This document shows positions 44,501-45,976 of a DNA stretch of 45,976 nt, piece after piece. The notes beneath the pieces were generated by a model. The model was not told where the DNA came from. It saw nothing but the letters and a program-made list of their open reading frames with translations, and did no database searches. This DNA comes from Actinomycetota bacterium. GTDB lineage: Bacteria; Actinomycetota; UBA4738; HRBIN12. The translations under genes were made by a program, and so were the position numbers. Position 1 is the first letter of the stretch. Every line of letters starts with the position of its first letter. Location: assembly GCA_046723385.1 (NCBI GenBank), contig JBKOUM010000138.1, positions 1-45,976 of the forward strand, written 5' to 3'.

Positions 44501-45140
44501 CGAGACGCCCCCGGGCTTCGCGGCGATGCACCTCGCGATCGCGGCGTTCGTTCACGACGCCCAGGGGGATCGCGACGCGGCCAGTAGGTACCTCCAGCGG
44601 CTTCGCTGGCTCGAGCACGCCGAGGACCGGCTCGACACCGTCGTGGTCCTCTGGCAGGCGCGGCTGCTCGCGCGGCGCGGCGAGTACTCGGAGGCACGGA
44701 CGCTCCTCGAGCGTCCGGAGGTCGTCGAGGATCGGCGGGGTCAGGACGAGATCCTCGAGGCCTGGTGCGAGGTGGTCTCGGAGGAGGGTTCATGGGGCGA
44801 AGCCGCCGAGCTGGCGGACCGGGCGGCACGGCATGCCGAGTGGGCCGGGGAGCCTCCGCTCGCCCTCTACGCGATGCGCTTGGATGGCCGTGCGGCGGCG
44901 GCGCTCGGAGGGTCGGAACGGGCGGTGGAGCTCCTGGGGTCAGCCGCCGACGCGTTCAGCGGACTGGAAGCCGCCTGGGAGGCGGCCGCGACCCGACTCG
45001 AACTCGCGCGCGTCCTCGTCGACCTCGGTGACGACGACCGAGCGACCGCGATCGCCCGGGACACCGTCCCCTTCTTCGAGCGGATCCGATCGGTGCGCGA
45101 GCTCAGCTCCGCCCAGAACCTGATCGATCGCTCGGCGTGA
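41559..45140 (+). CDS. double Zn-ribbon / class III cyclase / AAA_16-type STAND ATPase / TPR multidomain protein
   Basis: CASCG..CVRCG and CERCG..CPACG. ILFADLAGST, EKYIGDAVVAVFG, GVNTG and GDAVNVAARL. Walker A GDAGVGKT and Walker B VLVVVEDIHWAD. Long TPR-like C-terminus. It is a paralog of 12936..16292. Confidence 0.9.
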   Translation: MTTCASCGAENADAARFCVRCGAALATCERCGAELPADADFCPACGLRVSMPVPVGEERKRVTILFADLAGSTPLGEQLDPERLREVMDSFFGAMRREIEAEGGTVEKYIGDAVVAVFGVPTAHEDDPTRALRAALRMRRGLDHLNRSLEEDHALRLAMRIGVNTGEVIARVQPGPGEGFVTGDAVNVAARLEQGADPGQILVGERTARAARGVRFTELGPLILKGKQTEVRAFELLDEDVAEPRTAQRSDSRLHRTPMVGRGTELTMVKSVFDRCVADRRPHLVTVYGDAGVGKTRLVEEFATWTADLPQPPVVISGRCLSYGEGVTYWPLGEILKAHAGILDTDPPELAIEKIRKVGDELITADVSTDPARASAALAYTIALEDPDGSLAGSDPREVRHNLHAAWRSFFSALARSGPVLVVVEDIHWADPALLDLLEDAADRSEGPLLFLCPARPELTARRPEWGGGRWNHSSLLLEPLSATDSSHLLDLLVEGGAVSSELRTLILERAGGNPFFLEEIVQRLLDEPAGVEDLEIPDTVQGVLAARIDLLTPVEKLVLESASVVGRTFWNGAVASLLEPAPGPLELDDVLWRLEDRGLVHGRIGSTIVGEREFAFRHVLIKDVAYESLPRRDRGRAHARVAGWIEARTKDRERGFAELLAHHYEHAYHAIASETRPDPDEVERLRERAFRFALMAGNEAGSKLALEPAERFGATALSLAAGPSERSRALETLGMVAFHAYDGDRAWASFREAIDLLAGGSVADPASGDPRDLARLCAIALEIVTRAPGTMRHRIARTEGERYLEIGLSAAGPEDSEERARLLVARSFAPGSVREAWDDDEELERAVATGEEAAAMARRLGRVDLESAALDGITSAHQSLGRYGPMEDPIRRRLELAPKLTDPYEVGDIHAMAAWWALSTGRYREAVGFADRGFTGALPGSPMQALYCVDFRAAARFRLGDWDGVLADVDVAEELMGERRETPPGFAAMHLAIAAFVHDAQGDRDAASRYLQRLRWLEHAEDRLDTVVVLWQARLLARRGEYSEARTLLERPEVVEDRRGQDEILEAWCEVVSEEGSWGEAAELADRAARHAEWAGEPPLALYAMRLDGRAAAALGGSERAVELLGSAADAFSGLEAAWEAAATRLELARVLVDLGDDDRATAIARDTVPFFERIRSVRELSSAQNLIDRSA

Positions 45141-45695
45141 ACCCGAGGGGTACGCGGGGATCCGGTGGCCGTCCGGTGCGTCCGGGCTCTCGGAGACGAA
45201 GTCGATCACGCGGAGCGACGTCGTGCGTTTGATGCCGCCGATCGCTCGGACGGCAAGGATCTTCGCGGCGAGGTTGGTCTCGTCGTCCGCGACGGCGCAC
45301 GCGAGGATGTCGAAGTCGCCGACCACCGCGTCGACCTCGTTGGAACCGATCGTCGCCGCAACCTCGTCGAGGAGATCCATCGGGTCGGCGTCTCCGCGGA
45401 CCTGGATCCTCACGAAGGCCATCTCGTTCGCGTACTCGGTCCGCTTCACCTTGGAGAAGGTCCCGAGCACGGTGGTCGCCGTTTCCGGGTCGCCGGAGCC
45501 CCCGCCTTCGCCCGCCACCCCGTCCACCCGAGCGGGCAGCTGCGCGAGACCGTCGTAGTCCACGATCGAGACGAGCTTCCACGGCCCCGTGACCGAAGCG
45601 ACGAGGTGCACACCCTCGGGCATCTCGTTCGCTTCTCGGATCGCATCGACCCGGCCATAGCTGGCATCGGGATCGAAGACGAACGCGCTCCCCAT
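44940..45695 (-). CDS. hypothetical protein with two Lrp/AsnC-type (RAM) ligand-binding-like repeats
   Basis: ATG at 45695 follows GGGGAGGGGG. EGVHLVASVTGPWKLVSIV and AFVRIQVRGD...VDAVVGDFDILACAV...IGGIKRTTSLRVIDF resemble RAM domains. The last ~65 aa are antisense to the cyclase gene and look non-native. Confidence 0.45.
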   Translation of the reverse strand: MGSAFVFDPDASYGRVDAIREANEMPEGVHLVASVTGPWKLVSIVDYDGLAQLPARVDGVAGEGGGSGDPETATTVLGTFSKVKRTEYANEMAFVRIQVRGDADPMDLLDEVAATIGSNEVDAVVGDFDILACAVADDETNLAAKILAVRAIGGIKRTTSLRVIDFVSESPDAPDGHRIPAYPSGSRRAIDQVLGGAELAHRSDPLEEGDGVPGDRGRSVVVTEVDEDAREFESGRGRLPGGFQSAERVGG

Positions 45696-45775
45696 ACGAA
45701 CCCCCTCCCCTGAAGACACGAGTAGTTGACGCCCTTTCGCGAGAGAAGGCAAACCGGGGGGAGCGACCGTCTCGT

Positions 45776-45976
45776 TCAGAACGTGAAGCACTCCGTCAGG
45801 TCGCCGATCCGCTCGAGCCCGTCCTTCGGCGGAGCCGGTGGTCCGACGGAGCCGTCCGACGCCTCGTAGGTGCCACCGCCGGGCGTCGACACGTCGAAAA
45901 GGTGGTTCGTCGACGAGAGCGTCGGCAGGGAGAAGACCGTTTCGATCAGCTTCAACGTCGAGACGTGGTCGTAGAC
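45776..45976 (-). CDS. phosphoesterase-family (PLC/AcpA-like) protein, C-terminal fragment (N-terminus beyond the right window edge)
   Basis: The minus frame is open from the window edge: VYDHVSTLKLIETVFSLPTLSSTNHLFDV...CFTF*. The DH-S-L-IE-F-LP-L block is typical of the phosphoesterase-family C-terminus. Confidence 0.55.
   Translation of the reverse strand, partial: VYDHVSTLKLIETVFSLPTLSSTNHLFDVSTPGGGTYEASDGSVGPPAPPKDGLERIGDLTECFTF

Noticed and set aside
1-45976. The window as a mobile genetic island or prophage
   Set aside because: I could recognise no integrase, transposase, tRNA attachment site, phage structural gene or flanking direct repeats. Composition appears uniform by eye.

Overview
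A high-GC window (roughly 70% by eye) that looks like Actinomycetota chromosome. It is densely coding, and I found no rRNA, tRNA, CRISPR array, transposase or integrase. I call about 43 protein-coding genes from motif recognition and the ORF track. Many long Arg/Pro/Gly-rich ORFs in the track are shadow frames and are ignored. Gene content: (i) Signalling is very dense. There are four class III nucleotidyl-cyclase proteins, two of them about 1100-aa Zn-ribbon-cyclase-STAND ATPase-TPR paralogs on opposite strands, plus a decayed 3' relic of a fifth. There is also a cyclase immediately downstream of a transporter-HEAT-cNMP-binding membrane protein, two sensor kinases, and one receiver domain that lacks its phospho-acceptor Asp. 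(ii) A divergent catabolic island holds a Liv-type ABC importer and an M20 peptidase on one side, and RpiR, a GS-like ligase, an amidohydrolase and a CrtI-type flavoenzyme on the other. (iii) A secreted S8 subtilase carries a 16-unit Trp-every-5-residues C-terminal repeat and sits 4 nt upstream of a GAF histidine kinase. (iv) A nucleotidyltransferase/CDP-alcohol phosphatidyltransferase fusion resembles IPCT/DIPPS. (v) The rest is housekeeping and accessory enzymes: F420-type nitroreductase, MBL hydrolase, RibD-C/DHFR-family proteins (one frameshifted), DinB, bactofilin, a TIGR03118 protein, cupin and cupredoxin. No searches could be run, so all family names are motif-level inferences.
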